A stretch of 64,000 nucleotides of DNA from Calditrichia bacterium (GTDB lineage: Bacteria > Calditrichota > Calditrichia > JAJRVZ01): contig CAVZSQ010000022.1 of assembly GCA_963777955.1 (NCBI GenBank), positions 928,001-992,000 of the forward strand, in the 5' to 3' direction. Position 1 is the stretch's first letter; every line of letters starts with the position of its first letter. The notes below the pieces were generated by a model. The model made no database searches. It was not told where the DNA came from and saw nothing but the letters and a program-made list of their open reading frames with translations. This document shows positions 34,182 through 43,087 of this stretch, one piece after another. The translations under genes were made by a program, and so were the position numbers.

Positions 34182-35606
34182 ATGCGTGCAATCGGTAATT
34201 TTCTCTGGTTCATTCTGGGTGGCGTGTGCATGGGATTGGCCTGGTGGTTAATCGGCCTGCTGGCATATATAACGATCCTTGGAATTCCCTGGGGTAGATC
34301 CTGCTTCGTAATCGGAAAGTTCACGTTTTTTCCATTTGGCAGAGAGGCGATCAGCCGCAAGGAACTCAGAAACAAGGATGATATCGGAACCGGTGGTCTG
34401 GGTGTTATCGGAAATATCATATGGTTCATCTTCGCAGGTATCTGGTTGGCCATTGGCCATGTTTGCTCGGCAGTGCTTAACTTTGTCACCATCATCGGTA
34501 TCCCGTTTGGTATTCAACACTTGAAACTTGCAGGCATTGCGCTGGCCCCAATTGGGAAAACGATCGTGACCAAGGAGATTGCAGCCGCTGCCAGAAAGGT
34601 AAATACTGAGGCCACGATATCTTCTCTACGGTTATCTTTTTATATCTTACTCTCTCTATCTTTATATAATTGTGACCAGGGGGAAAGCACATTCTTCCCC
34701 TTGATAAATCCAAGGCTACAAATATATAATATAGCAGAACTGCCTCCGGCTGATAGATATTATTCTTTTTCTTTTATTGATCTCAACCAGGGCTGGGTTT
34801 TGTGCGACAGCAACATTATATACCGTACTATGGACGGTGGAAAGAACTGGGAAGAACAATTCTGTACCGCGGATTCTCAATTATTAAGAATCAGATTCGC
34901 CAGTGCCGATCGGGGATGGATCCTGGCCAGGGGCTCTGTTTACCGGTCAGATAACGGCGGGGAAGACTGGCATATTATTTATACGGACTCTAATATAACC
35001 CAATTTGAAAAAATAGCCTTTGTAAATGAACAAACCGGATGGATCACGTATTCTTCTAAGGGTAATCTGCTGCATACCAATGACGCTGGGAATAGTTGGA
35101 CAGTCCAGGAAACAGGACTGCCCTTGCACGTCCTTGGTTTTTCTTTTCTAAATTGTAACATTGGGTATGCTATCGATGCTCTCTCCTCGGTGGCCTCGAC
35201 ATCCGACGGAGGGAATAATTGGAGTATGAAAACAAAAGTACTTTGGCCTTATACGATATTTTTTCTGAATGAACAAACCGGTTTCATAGGCAATTTTACT
35301 TACCTGTCCAGCACCAGAATGGCGGCTAATATCTTCCGAACCGACGATTATGGGAATTCATGGCGGACCCTGGAAATACCTTTTTGTCAATTGGTAGGGA
35401 AAATAAGATTTATTGATACATTCCATGGCATGGCCGCGACAAGTGATGAGGAGACTGGTCAAATTATTTATACATGCAACGGAGGGGAAACCTGGAAAAT
35501 ATACAATGAATTAGATAGTTATCCGATGGATATTATTACAGTGGATAATAATTACATTTTTATTTTCTGCCAGAGCGGGAAAATTTATAAATTATATTTT
35601 GATTGA
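34182..35606 (+). CDS. In-frame fusion of YccF membrane protein and a YCF48/BNR-repeat propeller
   Basis: GNFLWFILGG..TILGIPWG..PFG twice (YccF); then LSLYNC and repeated TxDGGxxW motifs. Confidence 0.75.
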   Translation: MRAIGNFLWFILGGVCMGLAWWLIGLLAYITILGIPWGRSCFVIGKFTFFPFGREAISRKELRNKDDIGTGGLGVIGNIIWFIFAGIWLAIGHVCSAVLNFVTIIGIPFGIQHLKLAGIALAPIGKTIVTKEIAAAARKVNTEATISSLRLSFYILLSLSLYNCDQGESTFFPLINPRLQIYNIAELPPADRYYSFSFIDLNQGWVLCDSNIIYRTMDGGKNWEEQFCTADSQLLRIRFASADRGWILARGSVYRSDNGGEDWHIIYTDSNITQFEKIAFVNEQTGWITYSSKGNLLHTNDAGNSWTVQETGLPLHVLGFSFLNCNIGYAIDALSSVASTSDGGNNWSMKTKVLWPYTIFFLNEQTGFIGNFTYLSSTRMAANIFRTDDYGNSWRTLEIPFCQLVGKIRFIDTFHGMAATSDEETGQIIYTCNGGETWKIYNELDSYPMDIITVDNNYIFIFCQSGKIYKLYFD

Positions 35607-35630
35607 AGCAAACCTGGTAAGGTTAGAATA

Positions 35631-35681
35631 AGATTCCCGCCTAAGTATGCTCAAGCGTGCCATCCGTTTTGCGGGAATGAC
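35631..35681. repeat. GTCAT(T)CCC-family REP
   Basis: agattcccgc...gcgggaatgac. Confidence 0.6.
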
Positions 35682-35700
35682 CTCCGGACTTTACTTTCTT

Positions 35701-35752
35701 AGGTACTCAGGACACTAAGGTACTCAGGAACTCAGGAACTAGGGTACTAAAG
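35701..35752. repeat. Tandem degenerate 8-mer array
   Basis: aggtactc aggacact aaggtact caggaact caggaact agggtact. Confidence 0.75.
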
Positions 35753-35759
35753 CATGGAA

Positions 35760-35951
35760 TTATACCTGCGGCTGGCGGGATAAACCCTGCAGTTGATCGC
35801 GGATTTTTTTTACCGTTCTTTTGACGATCTTATTCCTGATATCATCAGAGATCATCAGGTTATCTTTATACTCGGCAAAAGCGTCATTCATAATATCTTC
35901 AAATGGCTTCCGCTCAAGTTTTTCATTGATCATGCGTTTATTTTTAGGCAT
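35760..35951 (-). CDS. Small basic hypothetical protein
   Basis: 63-aa ATG ORF with helical charged character filling the gap between repeat arrays. Confidence 0.45.
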   Translation of the reverse strand: MPKNKRMINEKLERKPFEDIMNDAFAEYKDNLMISDDIRNKIVKRTVKKIRDQLQGLSRQPQV

Positions 35952-35979
35952 GGCAGCAACCCTGAGTTAGATATGTTTT

Positions 35980-36026
35980 AATTACTAATTACTATTTACT
36001 AATTTGTAATTAGTAATTGGTAATTG
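35980..36026. repeat. Inverted tandem 7-mer array
   Basis: aattact aattact atttact / tgtaatt agtaatt ggtaatt. Confidence 0.7.
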
Positions 36027-36226
36027 CCATAATTATATTAAATTTTACCGTAAAATCAAGGTAAGAAATAAGATTTGTCCGATTTCTGCAGAATTTACCG
36101 GACCGAATTATGCCGGCCTGTTTTACTCTAAAAAGCCATACAATACATTGATTATATTAAATTAATTTGAATTTGATCAATAGCACGTCTTAAATTACAT
36201 GCACATCAGTTAGGGGAGACTTCACC

Positions 36227-37690
36227 ATGAGACCAAAATCATTTTTGCTGATTTTCAGGTTACTGGTCGTTCTGCTTTTAATGAGTTGGCTGACTACCTG
36301 TGCAATCAATCCCGTTACCGGTAAACGGGAACTCATGCTGCTCTCGGAAGCAGATGAAATAAGCCTGGGCCAGCAGTCTGATCAGGGGATCATACAAACC
36401 TATGGCCTGTACCCGGATAAGAACTTGAATGGTTATGTCAGTAACATAGGACAGGTGGAGGCCAGAATATCCCACCGTCCCAATCTTAAATTTGAATTTA
36501 AAATAATGGACAGCCCGGTCATAAATGCTTTCGCCGTTCCGGGCGGTTATGTCTATGTCACCCGCGGAATCCTGGCCCATCTGAACAATGAAGCAGAACT
36601 GGCCGGAGTAGTGGGGCACGAGATCGGGCATGTCACCGCCCGGCACTCGGCCATACAATATACCCGGGCACAACTTGCTAACCTGGGGCTGGGCATTGGT
36701 GCGGCACTCTCCCAGGAAATAGCCCAGTATGCTAATCTGGCCGCCCAGGGGATTGGCCTGTTATTCCTCAAATTCAGCCGCGATAATGAACGCCAGGCGG
36801 ATGATCTGGGGATCGAATATTCAACCAAGGTAGGTTACGATGCCCGTGAAATGGCCAACCTGTTCATAACCCTGAATCGTATTCAGGTTCAGTCCGGAGG
36901 GGGCAGCGGATTGCCTGACTGGTTATCCACTCACCCCAATCCGGTCGACCGGATTGGAACGGTACGGAGAAACGCTGAAAATCTGCAAAAAACCCAGGGT
37001 CTGACCAATCTAAAAATCAATCGCAACGAGTTCCTGAATAAATTGGCCGGCATGGTCTACGGTGATGATCCCCGCCAGGGTTATGTGCAGAATGATGTCT
37101 TTTATCATCCCGAATTAAAATTCAGTTTTCCGGTACCCGGCGGCTGGACCCTGAATAATACTCCGGCGCAGGTTCAGATGGCCACCAGTGATGGCAGAGC
37201 AGCCATTATTTTTTCACTGGCGGCCGAAAAGGATCCCCAGTCGGCGGCCAATCAGTTTGTAAACAGTAACCAGGCCCAGGTCCAATCCCAGAATAGTATC
37301 AGGGTCAATAATCTGAATGCGGTGAAATTAATTTCCGTACTGGCCGGCGAATCACAGACACTGCAACTGGTTTCTTATTTTATTGCCAAAGACGCCATGG
37401 TTTATGTTTTTCATGGATTTTCCGCTCAAACAGATTTCAGTCAATTTCAAAATGTTTTGCAGGTTCCCATGCAGGGTTTTGCCAATCTTAGCGATGCCTC
37501 CAAAATAAATGTAAAACCCGACCTGCTGCAGATCAAACGCGTCAGTTCCACTACTAACCTGCGCCAGGCGTTGAAAGCCAATGGCGTGGCCGACAAATAT
37601 CTGGATGAACATGCAATCATCAACGGTCTGGAGTTGACCAGTACGCTGCCGGCGAATACCCTGATAAAAGTAATAGAGCGGGGAAGATAA
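36227..37690 (+). CDS. M48 family metalloprotease lipoprotein (BepA/YfgC-like)
   Basis: C-AINPVTGKRE, NAFAVPGG, HEIGH, ERQAD, STHP. Confidence 0.9.
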   Translation: MRPKSFLLIFRLLVVLLLMSWLTTCAINPVTGKRELMLLSEADEISLGQQSDQGIIQTYGLYPDKNLNGYVSNIGQVEARISHRPNLKFEFKIMDSPVINAFAVPGGYVYVTRGILAHLNNEAELAGVVGHEIGHVTARHSAIQYTRAQLANLGLGIGAALSQEIAQYANLAAQGIGLLFLKFSRDNERQADDLGIEYSTKVGYDAREMANLFITLNRIQVQSGGGSGLPDWLSTHPNPVDRIGTVRRNAENLQKTQGLTNLKINRNEFLNKLAGMVYGDDPRQGYVQNDVFYHPELKFSFPVPGGWTLNNTPAQVQMATSDGRAAIIFSLAAEKDPQSAANQFVNSNQAQVQSQNSIRVNNLNAVKLISVLAGESQTLQLVSYFIAKDAMVYVFHGFSAQTDFSQFQNVLQVPMQGFANLSDASKINVKPDLLQIKRVSSTTNLRQALKANGVADKYLDEHAIINGLELTSTLPANTLIKVIERGR

Positions 37691-37692
37691 AA

Positions 37693-38142
37693 TTGGATCC
37701 GGCAAAGGTAAAATCAATCTGGTTTGTACGCCCGACCGTCGCTGATCTGCAGCGGTTGGTAAGTAACACGATGGTGGATCATCTGGGTATAGAATTTACA
37801 GAAGTCGGAGATGATTTTCTTAACGCCAGGATGCCGGTTGACCGGCGCACGGTGCAACCCGAAGGTCTGCTGCATGGCGGAGCCTCGGCGGCCCTGGCCG
37901 AGACGATCGGCAGCGTGGCTGCGAATTTATGCGTGGATCACACCAAACGGGTCTGCGTCGGATTGGAAATTAATGCCAACCATATCCGTTCGGTGCGCAG
38001 CGGTTATGTTCACGGGCATTGCCGGCCGCTGCACCTGGGACAATCTACCCAGGTGTGGGAAATCGAGATCCGCGATGAACAGCAAAAACTGGTCTGTGTA
38101 TCCAGATTGACCATGGCGGTTGTGTTGCGGAATAAAACCTGA
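37693..38142 (+). CDS. Hotdog-fold thioesterase (YdiI/EntH/PaaI-like)
   Basis: QPEGLLHGGASAALAET, VGLEINANH. Confidence 0.9.
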   Translation: MDPAKVKSIWFVRPTVADLQRLVSNTMVDHLGIEFTEVGDDFLNARMPVDRRTVQPEGLLHGGASAALAETIGSVAANLCVDHTKRVCVGLEINANHIRSVRSGYVHGHCRPLHLGQSTQVWEIEIRDEQQKLVCVSRLTMAVVLRNKT

Positions 38143-38164
38143 CCTGTTGTTACGGAGAGCATAG

Positions 38165-39883
38165 ATGCAAAATTTCAGTACTCATTTCGGTAAATATAAT
38201 CAGAAGGTAAACAGTACGGTCCAGCAGTTACAGCAAGATCGCTGCCTGGCCAGGATTGCTGAGCATGATTACACGCTCTGGCAGAATAAACCGGCTGAAA
38301 TAACCAACCGGCTGGGCTGGCTTAAAAGTCCGGAAGTTATGCTGCCGGCAGTCAATGATATAAATCAATTCACGGCCGAAGTGCGGGCGGCAGGTTTTAA
38401 GCAGGTTTTGCTTTTAGGTATGGGCGGATCGAGTCTGGCCCCGGAGGTTTACAGCCGTTCGTTCGGTACCAAGGCCGGATTCCTTAATCTTTCTATTTTG
38501 GATAGTACTGATCCCGGGGCAGTTCTGGCCAGGGAGCACAGCCTGGACCTCGAACATGCCTTGTTCATTGTCGCCACAAAATCCGGAGGTACGGTTGAGA
38601 CCTTTTCCTTTATGAAATATTTTTACAACCGCATGTGTTCGGTGGTGGGTACGGAACAGGCGGGAAAACACTTTATGGCCATCACTGATGCCGGCAGCGG
38701 ATTGGAAAAGTCTGCTGTAGAATTGAAATTCCGAAAAATATTCCTGAATGATCCGGAAATCGGCGGTCGTTATTCAGCGCTGTCTTATTTTGGATTGGTA
38801 CCGGCAGCGTTGACCGGCATCGATATCAAAGAATTACTCAACCGTGCTGAACAGATAAAGCAACAGACTTTTAAGGATAACGACAGCGAAGCCTTGCAGT
38901 TGGGTGCGGCTATGGGAGTGCTGGCCGCCCAGGGCATCGACAAACTGACGCTGATCCTGACACCGCTTATCGCTTCATTCGGCGCCTGGATCGAACAACT
39001 GGTAGCGGAAAGCACCGGCAAGGCAGGGAAGGGTATCCTGCCTGTCGATGGTGAAGAATTGCTCACACCGGGGCTTTATCCGGCAGACCGGTTATTCGTA
39101 TACCTGCGACTGACCGGTGATGAGCATCATGACGATCATATCAGCAATCTGATCAATGCCGGTAAACCGGTAATTCAAATTCAACTGCGCGATGTCTATG
39201 ATCTTGGCCGGGAAATGTTTCGCTGGGAACTGGCTACGGCCATTGCCGGTGTGGTGCTCGGCATCAATCCTTTCGACCAGCCCAATGTGGAATCAGCCAA
39301 GGTCCTGGCCCGGCAAATGGTTGCGACTTTTCAACAGACCGGAAAACTTGCGGAAACCGCGCCGACTTTAGTGCACCAGGGTATGAAAATATATGCCGGC
39401 ATTAATGCCGGCCAGCCACCGGCAGAAAACTTTTCGCAACTTATTTCGTCATTCTTTAAATCAGCACAAACAACAGACGATAAATCTAAACCGCGGAGTT
39501 ACTTGTCGCTGCAGGCATATCTGAAACCGACTGAACAGGTCGACAATGCCCTGCAGGGATTGCGGAATAAAATTCAATTAAAATATAACCTGGCTACCAC
39601 CACGGGTTACGGTCCGCGTTTCCTGCATTCAACCGGACAGTTACATAAAGGGGACAGTGGCCACGGGCTGTTTATCCAGCTTTTAGCCGGTATGCCCGAA
39701 GATCTGGCCATCCCGGATACACCGGGACTTCGGCCGGAATCGTCGATCAGTTTTGGTATCTTGAAGAATGCCCAGGCCATGGGGGATCGACAGGCTTTAT
39801 TGAATGCCGGTCGCCAGGTGATCAGTATCGATCTGGGAAATGATATCTTAAAAGGACTTAAGACTTTATCAGACGTTATCTGA
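38165..39883 (+). CDS. pgi: Glucose-6-phosphate isomerase (type found in Tal-Pgi fusions)
   Basis: RLGWL, GMGGSSL, TKSGGTVET, IGGRYS, QLVAESTGK, NPFDQPNVE, HSTGQLHKG. Confidence 0.88.
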   Translation: MQNFSTHFGKYNQKVNSTVQQLQQDRCLARIAEHDYTLWQNKPAEITNRLGWLKSPEVMLPAVNDINQFTAEVRAAGFKQVLLLGMGGSSLAPEVYSRSFGTKAGFLNLSILDSTDPGAVLAREHSLDLEHALFIVATKSGGTVETFSFMKYFYNRMCSVVGTEQAGKHFMAITDAGSGLEKSAVELKFRKIFLNDPEIGGRYSALSYFGLVPAALTGIDIKELLNRAEQIKQQTFKDNDSEALQLGAAMGVLAAQGIDKLTLILTPLIASFGAWIEQLVAESTGKAGKGILPVDGEELLTPGLYPADRLFVYLRLTGDEHHDDHISNLINAGKPVIQIQLRDVYDLGREMFRWELATAIAGVVLGINPFDQPNVESAKVLARQMVATFQQTGKLAETAPTLVHQGMKIYAGINAGQPPAENFSQLISSFFKSAQTTDDKSKPRSYLSLQAYLKPTEQVDNALQGLRNKIQLKYNLATTTGYGPRFLHSTGQLHKGDSGHGLFIQLLAGMPEDLAIPDTPGLRPESSISFGILKNAQAMGDRQALLNAGRQVISIDLGNDILKGLKTLSDVI

Positions 39884-39898
39884 GCGATTTCTGATATT

Positions 39899-42800
39899 CT
39901 AATCGGTTGCTGCCAGTTCGCGCATACCCTGAATTTTGATATTCAGCCGGTTTTCCAGGGTAGTGATGTTGGCCAGGTCTTTTTCAGTAACGAAGTGCAC
40001 ATCCAGCAATCCGCCCGCTTTATAACCGGTACGCTGGAAATTCATTTCATCCAGTGCTAAACTCCACCCTTCCAGCCAGGTCAATAAACCCTGCTGCTGA
40101 GTTTTATTACCTTTGAAATTAATTAACAGATCGATATCGCTGCCGGCCTGGGCAGTAGCATTCTGGGTACTGCCCACGACGTAAATGGCTTTAACTCCGA
40201 AGCGTTTTTTATCCAGTTGTGAGGCAAGTTTTTCGGTCATATTCATCCGCCAGCGCCAGTGTTCTTCTTTGGAGACGATACCGTACAGGGTTACCGGCAA
40301 TGGTTGGATTCGCAATGCTTCTTCACGGTTACTGAGCAAGCCCAGGGCCTGGTCCAGATCGGCATTCATCAGAATCTGCAGCACCATACCATTTGTTATC
40401 TGGGGAACTTCCAGCACATGAATAATATGACTGAGATGCTGAAACTGGGGTAGAATCTTGCCCAGTGAATTATGCGACTCGTTCAGAAAGCCGGAATTGA
40501 AAATAATTCCTTCATCATCGGGATAAAGGGGCAGATAGCGGATACCGGCTTCCACCAGGTCCTGGAAAAAGTGAGTTCCAAAAGAAAGATCAGGTACATA
40601 ATTTCCCTTTTTGCGGGCGATCTCGATTAATACCGCGCAATTATTAATCTCTGAATAGGTAACATTAACACCCAGTTTAATATCGCCGCGACTGCCCCAG
40701 CGTCCGGGTCCCATCAGGATGAATTGCCGCCTGGGTAAAATTTGATTGAGTTTCCCGACCACCCTGCCGATGGTGGCCAGTTCCGGTAATTCGACGATGG
40801 CGTTGTATTGCTCCGGATCCACATAAACGATATGGCTGATATTGGGTACGGTTCCATTGGATATAAAACGGTTGGCATTGAAAATAATCCGCTCCTGTGG
40901 AATATCCACCGGGATCTGGGAGGGGGCATCATAATGGGAATAACTTTGCGGCCGGCATTGTAACAGATAAAAATCTTCACCGTCTGAAGCAAATTCAATA
41001 TCTACCGGTGTGGCCAGGGCATTCTGCAGGGTTTTCATGATGGTGTACATTTTTTTGACAAAGTCGGTATCATTGCTCAATCCATCAAAAGTCACCACGG
41101 CATCGACATTGGAAAAATCCAGGTTGATGCTGAGCGGTTTACGTAAATGTTTGTCGGCATGCAATGAGATAATTTTTTCAATAGCCGGGTACTGGTTGCC
41201 GAATTTTGTCAGCAGTTCATCGATGTTGATGGTTTCAAAGCAATTCGCTTTCAGATTAAGCACATCAATTTTGTGCGGAGAATAGCGCAGCCGTTCTTCC
41301 AGGCCGACGGTTGCACGCAGGGCCGGTTGGCCCGGTGCGATCAGGATCGGATAGTCATCGCTGAGCCGGTCCACAGCCCGGGTACCCAGGCCCGGTACCA
41401 GGCGGATCAGGCCGTCTTCGCGTTTGATCCGCGGCGACCAGCAGAATTCATTGTTGCTGAAAGCCACACCGGCATAGGCAGGGAAAAAGTAATCTCCCAC
41501 AGTCCGGCCGACCACTTGCTGGATCATGATGCCCATTTCTTCATGGAAATCGGTCAGGCCGCGCTCAGCCCGGTATTGCATTGGATCAGGTCCGAGAGTC
41601 GAAGCATAAACTTCGGCGATGGCATCTAACAGTGCGTCGAGTCGTTCGTTTTTGGAACCCTGATTGCCCAGGAACAGACTTTTATATTTTCCCGAAAAAG
41701 CCGATCCCAGCCGGTCTTCCAGTAAACTCGAACTGCGCACAATCAGCGGTACTACCCCAAAATCGTCCAGAGCCATGGAAAGTCCCTGTACAATTTCCGG
41801 CGGAAAACTGGAGTTTTTGAATAACACGATCAACTGCGGATATTCTTTACGGATATCGTCGATCGATTTATATTTCTGATCGGTCATGTCTTCAAGATTA
41901 TTATAATGCATAAACTGGATCATGGTATCGGAGGTGAGATACCAGGTTTTAGGAATTTTGATATCGCGCAGAATATTATCCAGCTTGGCATTTTGTTCCA
42001 GAACCCGCCGGGCCAGAAAGACACCGGCGCTTTTACCGCCCAGTTTACCATGACTGCCGACCGGACAAACCAGGTGTTGGACCAGTTCATGAAAATCGCT
42101 GATCCGGATAAAATTTTTGGCAATGGTAACAAATTCCAGTTGATCGGTGAAGAAGCGGCGGATCAGGGCTGCCCGCACTCCGATACGGGCCGAAGGGGCC
42201 AATTCCAGCCCTTCGGGAGCGAGTTTGTAATAGCGGCGCAAGGCTTCGCTGACTTCGGGCAGGGAAGAACTGTTACTGGCAGTCGTACGTACCAGGAAAT
42301 TGGTTTTATCATTCTTGACCCATTCCTGGATCAGCGCCATTATATCCGCATCGCTGAGGTGGCGTGCAGCGATCTCAAAAACACGCTGGCTGAACAGACT
42401 GGAATCCTTGGACATTTGCCTTCTGCATGGGGGAATTGGTTTCGGACAAAAAGTCCTGCGAGCCATAACGGAGCAAAGGAATAAAATCCTGCAATACTTT
42501 TTCGGCATCGACAATTCCCCGCCAGATCAGGTGATTCAGCATTCTCCGGGATACTCTGGTGAATTCATCCGGATCGGTCCGCTGCAGCAGATCCAGTACC
42601 GCCTGCCAGTCGGTCGATCGGTTCTCGGCGATTACCCGCCTGGTTGAAGCCATTTTATCGTATACCAGTTTCAGTTGCTGAAACATGATATAGTGTCCAA
42701 CCCGTTTGGCAATCGAATTCAGTACCCGTCTTTCCTCTTTTAAGAAAGGGGCCTTCATCGGCCACAGGTTTATCATCCAGGTAAAAAATTTTGATCCAGC

Positions 42801-43087
42801 CAACCACCCTGTCCTGAACGGCGATATCTTCGCTGATAAACCAATGGGTTTCCTTGAAGTTTTCTGAAGTGTAGGTAAAATCCTGGTAGACGATCTTGAC
42901 GCAACTTAGTTCAGGGAATTGCATGCCCGATGGCAGGATTTTAATTATTTTATTAAAAATATCATCTATACTGGAAGCGGTATTCTGCAGTGCTTCCTCG
43001 ACAGCATACATGCAGTTTAATTCCTTGGCCCTTTCTTCAAGGATATCCAGCAGTTTATCTTTGGATTTGATTAATGGGATCAGGCAT
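39899..43087 (-). CDS. Multidomain protein: GAF-like N-terminus + PEP-synthase/PPDK N-terminal ATP-grasp + C-terminal nucleotidyltransferase (frameshifts ~43060, ~42738, ~42415)
   Basis: ERAKELNCMY..GPFLKEE; GKLGGK, IVRSSSLLED, FSGKY, IQQVV, GLGTRAVD, DIEFA, LQCRP; GPGRWGS, GTHFF; VVGST..GSDIDL..LLDVH. Confidence 0.8.

Noticed and set aside
35701..36026. CRISPR array
   Set aside because: Units are 7-8 nt in tandem with no unique spacers; no cas genes seen.
37693..38142. menI implying the classical menaquinone pathway
   Set aside because: Hotdog thioesterases are promiscuous, no other men genes are nearby, and mqnA indicates the futalosine route.
39899..40270. MNT-HEPN toxin-antitoxin or CBASS cyclase
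   Set aside because: The NTase is fused to the dikinase-like protein; no HEPN or effector gene is adjacent and the downstream gene is a convergent pgi.
39899..43087. Canonical ppsA/ppdK annotation
   Set aside because: No recognisable phospho-His motif or pyruvate-binding barrel; extra sensor-like and NTase domains.
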